Shown: positions 44,601 through 54,477, counted from the first letter of the whole stretch. The stretch: DNA of 62,410 nucleotides, filler included, from Stramenopiles sp. TOSAG23-2 (GCA_900128395.1; 6 parts of 6 records of this genome joined end to end with filler, not necessarily neighbours in it), one strand, 5' to 3'. Program-made: numbers and translations. Notes: generated from the letters alone by a model not told the origin.

Positions 44601-45732
44601 TGGTTGTGCAGTTCGAGCATCTGTATCATGTTTTCAAGAACGTGCTATTGCAAAAAAAAACTATAATAATTTCATGGAAAATATCGAAGCAGATGAAGAA
44701 TATCAAAGACGTAAACTGGATATGAGTCCAGCCCAATTTAATGAATACAAATTATTGGAAGCACAATTAGAAAATCTGAGGGGGCGAAGTGAGGGGCGAA
44801 GAAACAGGAATGAAATCAAAAGAGTTCTGAGACAAATGAGAGATCTTAGAAACAATGCAAATCAGTTCCAATTTAAACGCGTGATGTCATCCATTGTCAA
44901 CATGAGTAGAAAAAAAAAGCCAGTAGCATTGTTAAAAAGGATAGGTATTTCACCTTCACCACCAGTCATTACTAAAAAAATGATGTTTGCAGACACATTA
45001 GAAAATTTAGTAGCATCATCAAAAACTGCGAATGATATGGTGCAAGAGGCAAAAATTATGCAACAATTGCTTGCAGCAACTGATGTTGATGTTGTATTGG
45101 TTGATAATATGGTGGAAGATGCAATGAAAACAGCTGCTTCAACTAAATATATGAAAGATCCGCAAAACATTGAAGGTTACAATGTTTGTCCTGTTGTATT
45201 GCAATACAACAATTATAAAAAATCGATCAATGATCTGTTAAAACAACTTGAATCTAGCAGTACGGTTGATCCTAACAGCAATCGATACAAAGGACCAACA
45301 TCATATCGAAGTGGTACATGTGGTGTTCCAAAGTTTTTAAATTTTAACGGTGTGAATAGAATTGATTATTATCCACCAAAATATTGTGTACCAGATGTAA
45401 CAGAAGATGGCGCACCGATTATCGTGGAAAATATTTATTCATCTAAACAAAATGTTGCAGCACCAACATTTAATGTTGAATTTGATACAGAAAACCATCG
45501 TTTATCTAGTATTTTAGATTGTACTAGTGAAAATTGCAATATATTTAAAACTAGTTGTAATGATGGAAGTTTTAATTATTTAGTCAAACAAAATGGGAGG
45601 AACTTATATACAATTGAAATAAGTGGATTGACATATGTTATAACACCATTATGTGCATTTGATGAGAGAAAACAAGGTAGTAAATTTAGAAGTTTATTTT
45701 ATGATTCGAAATTAGCTGCGAATGGGTCGTAA
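41689..45732 (+). CDS. Large 5'-truncated protein: basic RSPGHPS repeats, glycine zipper, 23-aa cationic repeats, class-3-lipase-like alpha/beta hydrolase, Cys-containing C-terminal domain
   Basis: Frame open from the contig edge (KKGSTGRKFNYGRGRSPGHPS...); GxxxG array at ~42340-42520; VLIAVKGT, TGHSLGG (44161), AFNPG. Confidence 0.85.
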   Translation, partial: KKGSTGRKFNYGRGRSPGHPSRSNGRFTSKPKIKKGSTGRKFNYGRGRSPGHPSRRKPATSKPTSTYRGRSPGHPSRRNRATRNQVDKNGNAVEQTAGYGSIAKDAAKTYGKIRNTKPVKKIRKSLWDRTKHKLSKVKNSKFVQGAANGIKTTGKYIKKNAKHVARATKLVTKHGGKALRVGGKVLGAAANVVAPVVGFGKGVLKPAGSFSERVTNGIVGGAKKLDNAGAGFAGAYTGGKLGAGVGGTVGTAFAGVGAVPGAAVGAFTGSVVGGIAASNKYDGSNADKAYDRMIESKRGAIHKRVEKNVNRVKNAGRSVKKFFTGNGKRSTGSRGRNRKRYSRSPGHPSQMKSQNTRGKLKSNRNTNSRKYSRSPGHPSQMKRYSRSPGHPSQMKSQNTRGKLKSNRNTNSRKYSRSPGHPSQMKRYSRSPGHPSRRNRETRNRVDKNTRDNARYNKMRMGRGKRTPTKKDPRDNARYNKMRMGRGKRTPTKKDPRDNARYNKMRMGRGKRTPTKKDPRDNARYNKMRMGRGKRTPTKKDPRDNARYNKMRMGRGKRTPTKKDPRDNARYNKMRMGRGKRTPPISNDQVIIGNTNIESSDPRDDVTDQPKKLSETEINTLASSKAKRDQMLNMREHMEVAQQDETFYTDAILRNQQQKLKVEEKEMFDKLGYDEDQIAEYKLKEKARFRPTNKKYNPSSKNTDPRNSITPHDRAMSLASQNAYEGHNQRVGDRLEKEYSDGSKVITDYEVVQATRSITVYRDRVNNKVLIAVKGTTPALNSDMTDANLKIAMASNNFDESKIVKQAQAALDQYAEKYPDAEIEMTGHSLGGTVVQHVAMKNPDKVTYATAFNPGSNPILHREEDELVGQHTNIRTVIQKGSFISNGQLGVADVVLPDPLDAASNRRERREAIKHSILTKHGQGNFLCPECENKWKDLDFPTSNDETHALTHDQRAQYDELVKAKEKTEGLFGCAVRASVSCFQERAIAKKNYNNFMENIEADEEYQRRKLDMSPAQFNEYKLLEAQLENLRGRSEGRRNRNEIKRVLRQMRDLRNNANQFQFKRVMSSIVNMSRKKKPVALLKRIGISPSPPVITKKMMFADTLENLVASSKTANDMVQEAKIMQQLLAATDVDVVLVDNMVEDAMKTAASTKYMKDPQNIEGYNVCPVVLQYNNYKKSINDLLKQLESSSTVDPNSNRYKGPTSYRSGTCGVPKFLNFNGVNRIDYYPPKYCVPDVTEDGAPIIVENIYSSKQNVAAPTFNVEFDTENHRLSSILDCTSENCNIFKTSCNDGSFNYLVKQNGRNLYTIEISGLTYVITPLCAFDERKQGSKFRSLFYDSKLAANGS
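43034..43437 (+). repeat. Coding 69-bp tandem repeat, about 6 copies (RDNARYNKMRMGRGKRTPTKKDP)
   Basis: Near-identical units; a TAT/TAC synonymous variant separates copies 1-3 from 4-6. Confidence 0.95.
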
Positions 45733-45897
45733 AAATATGTGTACCGTAACCGTACGCACTGACACATGTGTGATAGTAGTGTGTGTAACGAACTTCGTAC
45801 GATACCTATTGTAAATGTACAGGTAAAAATAATGTGTGTACAAAAATTTAAAAAAATAATTAAGTTTTGCCTTTCATTATAATCTCTCTCCCTTCCT

Positions 45898-46440
45898 CTA
45901 CCCTTTTAAAAACTCTTCACATTTTCCAGATGGTGGAAACGTATCAACACATCCATCTAATTGAAATCGTTCTTGAAATGTTCCAGAATATACTTTTTTA
46001 CTTTTATTATAAACATTAGCTAGTAAATCATTAGTGCAAACGGCACCAGTATTGACTCCTGTAGAGACGGTTACATGTGAAAATGTATTATTAGATTTAA
46101 TTGATGGTGAAAAAACTTGGACACCTTCACATGTTTCTAAATCTGATGCCCATATAAAAGGATAGACGCTAGCTTTCATACCTGTTGGCAATGCATCAAC
46201 TTCTTCTTGCGTCGGTGCAAATTGCAATGTCATATGTGCAGCATATAAATGTCCAAGATTGGAATTAATGTTTGGAATAGTTTTATTCCATATCGATAAT
46301 AATTTAATATGACTTTTTTGATTTAAAAATACAGCTGTATAAATGGTTTTACTTGTTGTTGATTGGACATTCGATACATTTAACATTGTACTCAATAATA
46401 TGAGTAATATAATCGTATAATTCATTTTGTATTTCATCAT
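45898..46440 (-). CDS. Secreted stand-alone 2H phosphoesterase (cyclic phosphodiesterase-like)
   Basis: Signal peptide; YTAVFL, two HxT motifs (HMTL, HVTV), TNDLL. Confidence 0.7.
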   Translation of the reverse strand: MMKYKMNYTIILLILLSTMLNVSNVQSTTSKTIYTAVFLNQKSHIKLLSIWNKTIPNINSNLGHLYAAHMTLQFAPTQEEVDALPTGMKASVYPFIWASDLETCEGVQVFSPSIKSNNTFSHVTVSTGVNTGAVCTNDLLANVYNKSKKVYSGTFQERFQLDGCVDTFPPSGKCEEFLKG

Positions 46441-47132
46441 GTGAGATTGTGTGATTGTTATATTGATATGGTATATATTTTTTCTGTAGCATGTACCATC
46501 TCTCTCTCTGTATATGTCTATTTATTTATTTGTATTATTGGAAATAATAAAAATACTTGGTACACACACAAATGTGCAAATCGCACAATCTAAATATAAA
46601 TAAATCGTAATATAAATGTGCAAATCGCGAAACACACACTGTTTTTTTTGAGGATGATTTTTATTATAGTTTTTTTTGATTGAGACACTTGCCATAGACA
46701 CATCATTATATAAATGCATTGTAATGATATTCCTATATTAAATCTATTTACTAGGTACATACCATACACTCTCATATACATGGATATCACACAAGATCGA
46801 CCTCTATACCATTGTATATACATGTTAGGTATAATATAATATTTAGTATATGATAAGTACGAAGTTTTAGCTTTACAGCGGCACACCAGCACACGCCCCA
46901 CCAAAAATCACACAAAATAGAACTAATCTATCGAACTAAAACACAAATTACATCAAAGATGGGTAATGAATTGTATAGAAGCAAAATAAAAAATAAAACG
47001 CATAAACAAAATCATTATTTACATATTGATATTATTATTGTATACTTTGATATTATTATTATTATTGTTGTTAAGAAAAAAAAAAGATTAAGATAAAAAA
47101 CCCGGAACATCGCAGTTATTATAGTATATATA

Positions 47133-48374
47133 ATGGACAAAATTAATATATTTGATGATGGTGGTGAAGAGTTACAATTTGAAGAATCACTAGTACGTAC
47201 TGAGTTGAAGCTTCTTGGTCCAATATTTATAATCTTTTTGTCATTTCCTATTGTTATGCGTTTTATCGCTGATTATGTAATCAATGAAATCTTTATTACT
47301 TTGTATTTGAAAAATAAAAATACAAACGAATCGTTTGAGCAAGTACAAAATTTATTAGGAGCTGATGAAAAAGTAGCAGCACGCAGGACGGATAAGACTG
47401 AAAATAATTCTACTGCACCTAGGTTGAAATCAATGCTGGATATAGAGCAAGGAAGTGGTAGTATTGAGGAAAAGACTAACAACAACGACGACAACAACAA
47501 CAACAATGGGTTTGAAACCATGCATCCTTCTAAAGATGAGATGATACAACAACAACAATTGGAAGAAGATCAAAAAAAGTTTGATGTCAATACAAACTTT
47601 GTATATTCAAAATCTCATGCATTTAGTCATAGTGCAATGTTACGTGGGTTAATACCAGATAGTTGTGGAACATATTTCATTACGGTTGTAAAAATATTTT
47701 TACTACATTGGTTGCAACCTTTTCTTTATGTATTATTGATTTATGCATATTATGATGAAATCAATCATATTCAACGAACATGTGCAATTACAATATGCTT
47801 ACGGGAAGGTTTGTATTTTCTATTGACATTATGGCTCCTTGTGAAAACACCTTCCTTTTTATTTATCAATGATAAAAGTAAATATGGAAATCAGTACAAT
47901 AAACAAATTTTCAGTGGATGTGATATTTCATGGAAACATAATTTGTTTTTGTATACCTTTACACCACATATTTATTTATATGAAACATTTATTATTGATG
48001 ATATTGATGAAAGGTCTGGAAGAATGAAAAGTTCGACGTCCCCTGGTATGAAATGTATACAATATTTGATATATTACCTTTTAATTATCGTTGAAATGAT
48101 TTCTTTTTTCAATCTTATTATTATTATTGGATTGAATGGCGATAATATATATCCTGGATGGGTTGGGTGGATATCGTCATTTTTCTTTTTAATTTATTAT
48201 TTAATAATAAAAATAAAAAGTTATAAAAGAAATTCTTTATCAAGTGATAGTAACAACGATATTGAAAGAAAAAATCATGAAATAGTGAATCAAAGTAATA
48301 ATATGAAACGTCAAAGTGATCAGACTGATGATGGTATTCATAATGATATTCAAGGTGATGCTGATAATATATAA
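47133..48374 (+). CDS. Multi-pass membrane protein of unknown function
   Basis: 413-aa ORF with about 5-6 hydrophobic segments and Asn/Gln runs. Confidence 0.7.
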   Translation: MDKINIFDDGGEELQFEESLVRTELKLLGPIFIIFLSFPIVMRFIADYVINEIFITLYLKNKNTNESFEQVQNLLGADEKVAARRTDKTENNSTAPRLKSMLDIEQGSGSIEEKTNNNDDNNNNNGFETMHPSKDEMIQQQQLEEDQKKFDVNTNFVYSKSHAFSHSAMLRGLIPDSCGTYFITVVKIFLLHWLQPFLYVLLIYAYYDEINHIQRTCAITICLREGLYFLLTLWLLVKTPSFLFINDKSKYGNQYNKQIFSGCDISWKHNLFLYTFTPHIYLYETFIIDDIDERSGRMKSSTSPGMKCIQYLIYYLLIIVEMISFFNLIIIIGLNGDNIYPGWVGWISSFFFLIYYLIIKIKSYKRNSLSSDSNNDIERKNHEIVNQSNNMKRQSDQTDDGIHNDIQGDADNI

Positions 48375-48799
48375 AAAGGGTATAGCTGCACATCGTATAT
48401 TTTTTGATGTTTTGGTATGCAAAGCATGAAAAATAACGTGAAGTATATTAATTGATGTTCGTAAAAAAAGATACGAACGTATCTTTATAATAAATATAGT
48501 AGTGTATGCAAAAGCCAGGTTATATACGGACAGTACGATATTGTTTTTTAAAATGAAACGTGGATGATAATAATAGAATTAAACATTGTTCAATCATATG
48601 CTGTAGCAAACAACGCACGCGCTTGGTGATTGAAATTTTACGGAGAGCGAAAGAGAGAAAGACAATTTTGAAACAAAAATATGATATTTAATATTAAAAG
48701 ATCTGAAACAATAAAAACAAATTTTAAAGCAAAAACATTTTCTATTTTTACACGACGGAAGTACTATTTTATACGATATATATGATACCCAGCCACATC

Positions 48800-49528
48800 C
48801 TACAACTTCGATTTGACTGGACGCCCAGTAACAAACAATTCTTCACCAATGATTTTTTCTAATTTAATCAATGCATCAATACCATCAATATCATCCACCA
48901 TTACACGAATAGTATGAATCCCCATTTTTCGTGCTGGTTTTAAATTTGCACCGATATCATCAAGAAAAACTGCTTCATTTGCTTTTATATTACCAGCTTC
49001 CTTCAATGCTAATTCATATATACGTACATCTGGTTTGCGTAACCCTACAATACTACTTTCAATGACAACATCGAAAATTTCTTGTACCGTCTTTGCTTGA
49101 CCTGGTATACCTTCACTTTCATCTGTAGTTTCATCTTCCTCATCTGATTGAAAATTATTTGTCAAAGCTAAGGTTTTAATTCCTAATTTGTGTAATTTCA
49201 TCAAAGTTTCATAATAACCTCTACGTGCAATTGTATCACCTGCACTTATTGCTTCCATTACCTTTTTTCCAGAAACTTGTAATAGTTCTTTATTTGCATT
49301 ACCATCTTTAACCATTTCCTTCAATTCAATATCATATTTATATACAAATTGTGTTGTCGTAATCTCACCTCTTTCCATTTGACCCCATGTTTTACAATTT
49401 CCAATATGCCTATTTAGTGAATTATGTTCCAATCCAATTTTTCGTTCGACTTCCCCTAACCGTCCAATTGGGGATGAAAAGACAACACCACCAAGATCAA
49501 ATATTACTGCTTTGATGGATGATGGCAT
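48800..49528 (-). CDS. HAD-family hydrolase (ACAD10/EPHX2 N-terminal-like) with PTS1 signal
   Basis: AVIFDLGGV, LTNN, FDVVIES...RKPD, FLDDIGANL; ends in SKL. Confidence 0.88.
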   Translation of the reverse strand: MPSSIKAVIFDLGGVVFSSPIGRLGEVERKIGLEHNSLNRHIGNCKTWGQMERGEITTTQFVYKYDIELKEMVKDGNANKELLQVSGKKVMEAISAGDTIARRGYYETLMKLHKLGIKTLALTNNFQSDEEDETTDESEGIPGQAKTVQEIFDVVIESSIVGLRKPDVRIYELALKEAGNIKANEAVFLDDIGANLKPARKMGIHTIRVMVDDIDGIDALIKLEKIIGEELFVTGRPVKSKL

Positions 49529-49662
49529 GGGTTATTATTATTATTTGAATATGTATAGTGTTTTGTTATGATTTTCACCAAGATCAAATATTACTGCTTT
49601 GATGGATGATGGCATGGGTTATTATTATTATTTGAATATGTATAGTGTTTTGTTATGATTTT
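49489..49662. repeat. ~87-bp tandem duplication spanning the HAD gene start codon
   Basis: Units start at 49489 and 49576. Confidence 0.9.
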
Positions 49663-50217
49663 GTGTGTATGGTGTATATTATTTTATACGCGTTTGATTT
49701 ATGTTTTCATTTATTTATATATATATATTACTTGTAGTTATTTATATAAATATAATACTATACTACTAATAACAGTGTCGGACGGAGGATAATAATCCTA
49801 TAACTTTTGGGCTATATTTACAGGTATAGATATTTTAAAATTTAGCCCAAGTTTTGCGTATAGGATGATGCACTAAATTTAACACACAGGACTATGGCTA
49901 TATGAACGGGCTTTTTAATATGTTCGTGCGTTCCGTAAAATCGGTACACATAAATAGCGTTAGACACATATATATATATAAATATGAATAAAGAGATATA
50001 GATTTATATACATGACGAAAATAATAAACAATAGCACAATACAGTGACACAAACGATATTCATAGTAAAAAAATACAAAAGATAACAAATCAATTCAAGC
50101 TTTGCTACGAATAATATTATTCGAGCGTATAATAAAATATTTAAAGAATCGAAAGACAATATATAGTTAGTTCCATAAAAAAGATAATAATAATAATATT
50201 GCTTTGAGGGGAAAAAA

Positions 50218-51414
50218 ATGAATTTCATGAGTAACAACATATTTCAATATCGTCTTAAAACGTTGATAGTTGTATTGTTATTATTAAATATTCTAATGCA
50301 AAAAGCATTATCGTGCATGAGCTCAGCAGAATGTTCCTCCGGGCAATTTTGTAGTTACATGGGTGGTTGTCAAGATGTAACGGCGTTTGGTCTGGTGATG
50401 ACACTTGCATAAAATACAATTGTGCTGCCGATGGGACTACAGTTGATATGAAGAAAGACTGCGATGTTAATGGACCCATGCCACAGTGTTATATTAGAAA
50501 CAGGGGTTATATCTCTAATGGGGCAGGTGCAAGTAGTCAATATTGCATAGACCATCCAAATATATGTAAGGAAGGTTATGGACGTGATGAAAGAAACTTC
50601 AATGTACACGTATGTAAACAGAGCTCAAGTTCGCCTCTGTGTGAACAAGGTTTTGTATCACATTTTACAGCATGTGAAGAATTGATCGATAATGAGGAAG
50701 ATTGTAAAAAAGCTGCTCTTCATAACAAAGAATATGATAGCAATGTGACCCCTGAGGCGTCAACTGGCGATACAATGGTAAATACAGACAAGGTAGGGGA
50801 TGGGTATAAGACTGGATGTTATATGTACGAAACAGCAGGTGCTGGAATAAGATATGTGTTTAATGATGCAACTAATAACATAAATACGAATGTGAATCCC
50901 ACCCAATGCCCAAACAATTTTATGTGTGTATGTAAAAACAAAAATCCATGTCAGGCATGTAGTCCTGGAAAATATTCTTTGGGAGGGTGGAAAGCTAATT
51001 GCACGCTATGTCCAAAAGGATCGTACTGTCCAAGTGGCACCGTAATGGAACAGTGTCCGCTCGGGACTTATAATGATGTAGTTGGTATACAAAGTGCAGA
51101 AAGTTGTAAAGCATGCCCTAAAGGAACCGTCATGAAGAATAGCACAAATACATCTCGTACAAAGGAAAGTGATTGTATCGTGTGTCCGAAAGGTAAATAT
51201 ATGGATGAAATTGGATATAACAAAGACAATGAATGTAAATTATGTCAAAAAGGTAGGTTTAATAGTGATGATGGAATAAGTTCCTTGAACCATGACATTT
51301 AATGAAGCAGAAATAGTACACGGAAACTTGGTAGAAATTCGACAAAAATATGGTGCTGGATCAAATGAATACAAAGAAGCATTGCAAAATATAAATGTAA
51401 AAAATATTAAATAA
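50218..51414 (+). pseudogene. Cysteine-rich surface protein (GCC2/GCC3-like CPxGxY repeats), frameshifted at ~50368 and apparently truncated at ~51300
   Basis: The signal-peptide ORF 50218 and the Cys-rich ORF 50367 join by a 1-nt shift (GGC|SRC). Repeats CSPGKY, CPKGSY, CPLGTY, CPKGKY. An out-of-frame coding-like tail (...IRQKYGAGSNEYKEAL...) ends at ~51414. Confidence 0.6.
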
Positions 51415-51719
51415 ACGTTGTACGCAATATCATGTGTGTATACTTTTATATTTTATTATTGACACATACTGTAAAATAGTGTACGACTTCGTATATGCCC
51501 AGCGCGTTCAACGAGTGCGCACGAAAGGATAGAAACCTACTCGTGCTTGTGGAGTATTAGTTTGCAGACGTGCATTATAGCGAATAGAGTAGGATATAGA
51601 CATATGTACTATTATTATCTTATATAGGTATATTGTAGTTGGTAGTATATAAATTACATATATATTAATTATTCTGTCCATTATAGAGAGATCCTCTCTA
51701 GTCCATTATCATCCTCCTC

Positions 51720-52000
51720 TCATTCTGTCCATATCCTCATCTGTTCCACTTGTTGATACCCGTTTGATCCATCTCTTTTATATTGACTTATAGCATTTAA
51801 TTGTGATATCATATTATCACTAAGTTGATTACCATATAGGTTCAAGTGCATTAATGTATTGTTTGTTTTTAATACATCAATAATACTTTGTATTCCACCA
51901 TCATCAGTAATATTATTATTCTCTAGGGACAAGTACCATAATGTATTGTTTGTTTTTAATCCTTCACCAATACTTTGTACATCAGTAATATTATTATTAG
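51720..52000 (-). CDS. C-terminal fragment of an RNI-like leucine-rich repeat protein
   Basis: NNITDVQSIGEGLKTNNTL..LSLENNNITD...LKTNNTLMHLNLYGNQL. Confidence 0.85.
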
Positions 52001-52100
52001 NNNNNNNNNNNNNNNNNNNNNNNNNNNNNNNNNNNNNNNNNNNNTTAATTAATTAANNNNNNNNNNNNNNNNNNNNNNNNNNNNNNNNNNNNNNNNNNNN
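52001..52100. other. Artificial contig linker
   Basis: 44N-TTAATTAATTAA-44N. Confidence 0.99.
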
Positions 52101-52528
52101 AAGAAGGCATTGCAGAGCCACTACTCCAATTTCCTCTTGCATATATGATACCCATTGATTTATTTGTAATATCATAGGGAAAATTTCTTATCAGAGTATA
52201 GTAAGGTTTGAAATGAAAAATTATGTTATACTGTATTGATAGTAATATATTTGTAAAAATCCTTAAACATAAAAGAAATAGGTTTACCCCATATGTCCAC
52301 CGCTATAAATCTATATAATAAACACGTCCGAAAAACAAACACAATCAATTTAAACGAAAAGATCATTTATATATCGACGTGTTATAGTGATTTAAATGGC
52401 CCAGCAGCAGATGAAGCGGCCAGATTAAAGTCAAGTTGGTCTTTGTCCAGGCCAGATGCAAAGCCAACTGGTTTTATATCCTGCAAAAGATCTTTCATTT
52501 TTATAAGTTTAACAACATCAAATAATTT

Positions 52529-52891
52529 TCATAAAAGCTCATTATATTCAGCACGTGGGTTCAATTCTATTGTTGAATAACGATAACCCCTGCTACCTTC
52601 ATTCGCGTTTCCTACGTTCGTGTAATCTTGCGTTTCATTTTCTTCAGAATCATTCATTGCTGTTTCTTTAGCTAAACAACCACAACAAACTTTATAAAAC
52701 CTAGTTCGCAATGCTATTGCGACAAGCCTACCCTTTTCCTTCCAATATGCTGTCCCAAATAACACAAGAAAACATATTAAACCTATGAGGTTCAATACAA
52801 TAATCATAACTGGCAATATGGTTGTAAGAAACATATTATTATTATTGTTACTTGTAGACGTACCATATTTTTTATTTAACGTTAGATTCAA
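52529..52891 (-). CDS. Small single-pass membrane protein
   Basis: TM segment ILPVMIIVLNLIGLICFLVLFG, juxtamembrane CCGC, acidic tail. Confidence 0.55.
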   Translation of the reverse strand: MNLTLNKKYGTSTSNNNNNMFLTTILPVMIIVLNLIGLICFLVLFGTAYWKEKGRLVAIALRTRFYKVCCGCLAKETAMNDSEENETQDYTNVGNANEGSRGYRYSTIELNPRAEYNELL

Positions 52892-53329
52892 TTAATTGCA
52901 ATACAATACGATATTCAACATGTTTATATTAATGTATTATGTAAAAATGGTTAATATATGTTATCATATATAAATAATTATGATTTTAGTGCAATGAGAT
53001 GTGTACATAGCCAGGGAGTGCCTGGAGTGCCTGCCTTAGGCAGAGTTTTAAATGATGCCGGTGATGCCGATGGATTTTGCCTTAGAAAAATCAATAACAT
53101 TTCAGGAATTATTATCATATAAAAATAATCATCAATAACTTCCTGGAAATTGTATATAATTATAAATTATCGGATATTATTATTCCTATTCCACTCTAAA
53201 TAGTCAGTTTTGGTAACTTAAAACGATTAAAGGCGGGCCTATCATGATGCCATGAGCGCATATAAAGTTCAATAAGCAATTGGTTGCAAGACAACGGCAA
53301 TTGATCGCCATTCTAAAGTAAAGATAACC

Positions 53330-54202
53330 ATGAAAGTGTTAGTGACAGGCTCTGCGGGCAGAGTAGGGCGTGCAATATATATTAAGTTAATGCACACCCA
53401 TCAAGTCGTAGGTTTAGATAAAACACCATGCTCAACCGCAGATTATGTTGGTGATATTCGGGATCAAGCGTTGATCCAGCAAGCCCTTGAAGGAGTAGAA
53501 GTCATCATTCATACCGCAGCCTTACATGCACCGCACGTTGGGTTGTTACCTGATGAAGAGTTTCAATCCATCAACGTGGATGCCACAGAGCAACTAGCCC
53601 TTGTGGGCATTAAACTGGGCGTAAAGCAATTTATTTTTACTAGTACAACGGCACTGTATGGCTATGCATCTACTCCCGAACACACCGCAGGGTGGGTGAA
53701 TGAGCAAATTAGACCGCAGCCAAAAACTGTGTATCATCGCAGTAAGATTGCAGCAGAAGCCAGGCTCAAAACCATCTCTGATGGCTTGGGATTACCTGTG
53801 ACTGTATTACAAATGTCTCGCTGTTTCCCAGAACCTGCCGACTTAATGGCGGTATATCGACTCACTCGGGGCATTGATGCGCGTGATGTTGCGAGTGCTC
53901 ATTTAGCCGCGTTAGAAACCTGTCTTCCTGGGTTTAATCGCTTTATTATTTCAGGTAAAACCCCGTTTGAAAAATCAGATTGTCCGCGTTTATTGAATGA
54001 CGTCGATGGTTTAATACAAGCGAAGGCACCTGAACTTGCCAAGGTGTTTTTAGAGCGAGGCTGGTCGTTCCCCAACCAGCTAGACCGAGTATATGATTCT
54101 TCTTTAGCTCAACAAAAACTCGGTTGGCAGCCAAAATATGGCTTTGACTCGGTTATAGACATGCTAGATGCTGAGCTGGCTGAGGTTTTACCTATTATTT
54201 GA
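53330..54202 (+). CDS. NAD-dependent epimerase/dehydratase (extended SDR), bacterial-like
   Basis: TGSAGRVG, IHTAALH, FTST, YHRSK. Intronless, visibly higher GC than neighbours, no low-complexity inserts. Confidence 0.9.
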   Translation: MKVLVTGSAGRVGRAIYIKLMHTHQVVGLDKTPCSTADYVGDIRDQALIQQALEGVEVIIHTAALHAPHVGLLPDEEFQSINVDATEQLALVGIKLGVKQFIFTSTTALYGYASTPEHTAGWVNEQIRPQPKTVYHRSKIAAEARLKTISDGLGLPVTVLQMSRCFPEPADLMAVYRLTRGIDARDVASAHLAALETCLPGFNRFIISGKTPFEKSDCPRLLNDVDGLIQAKAPELAKVFLERGWSFPNQLDRVYDSSLAQQKLGWQPKYGFDSVIDMLDAELAEVLPII

Positions 54203-54477
54203 TCAGTATAATAGTGTAAATATAAATTAAAAAAAAACAACAACAACAAAAAGAAGAAGCAAAGATCAATTTTTGAAATGCCATCATGCTGCCAAGCTGA
54301 TGCCATTGCAATGCCATATTGTAAATATACCTTAATAATACCTTAAACAATTTTTGTAAATATAATTTTGAAAAAAAATAATTTTGTAAAATTTTTTTTT
54401 TTTTTATTTTTTTTTTTTATTTATTTATAATAAATATAAAATATAAAAATATATATATATATATATATATATTTATA

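Noticed and set aside
10326-52100. Regularly spaced TTAATTAATTAA palindromes and any gene clustering across them
   Set aside because: Artificial N-padded linkers; contigs are simply sorted by length, so adjacency across them is meaningless.
53200-54260. Integron gene cassette with attC site
   Set aside because: No recognisable RYYYAAC...GTTRRRY inverted-repeat attC downstream of the gene.
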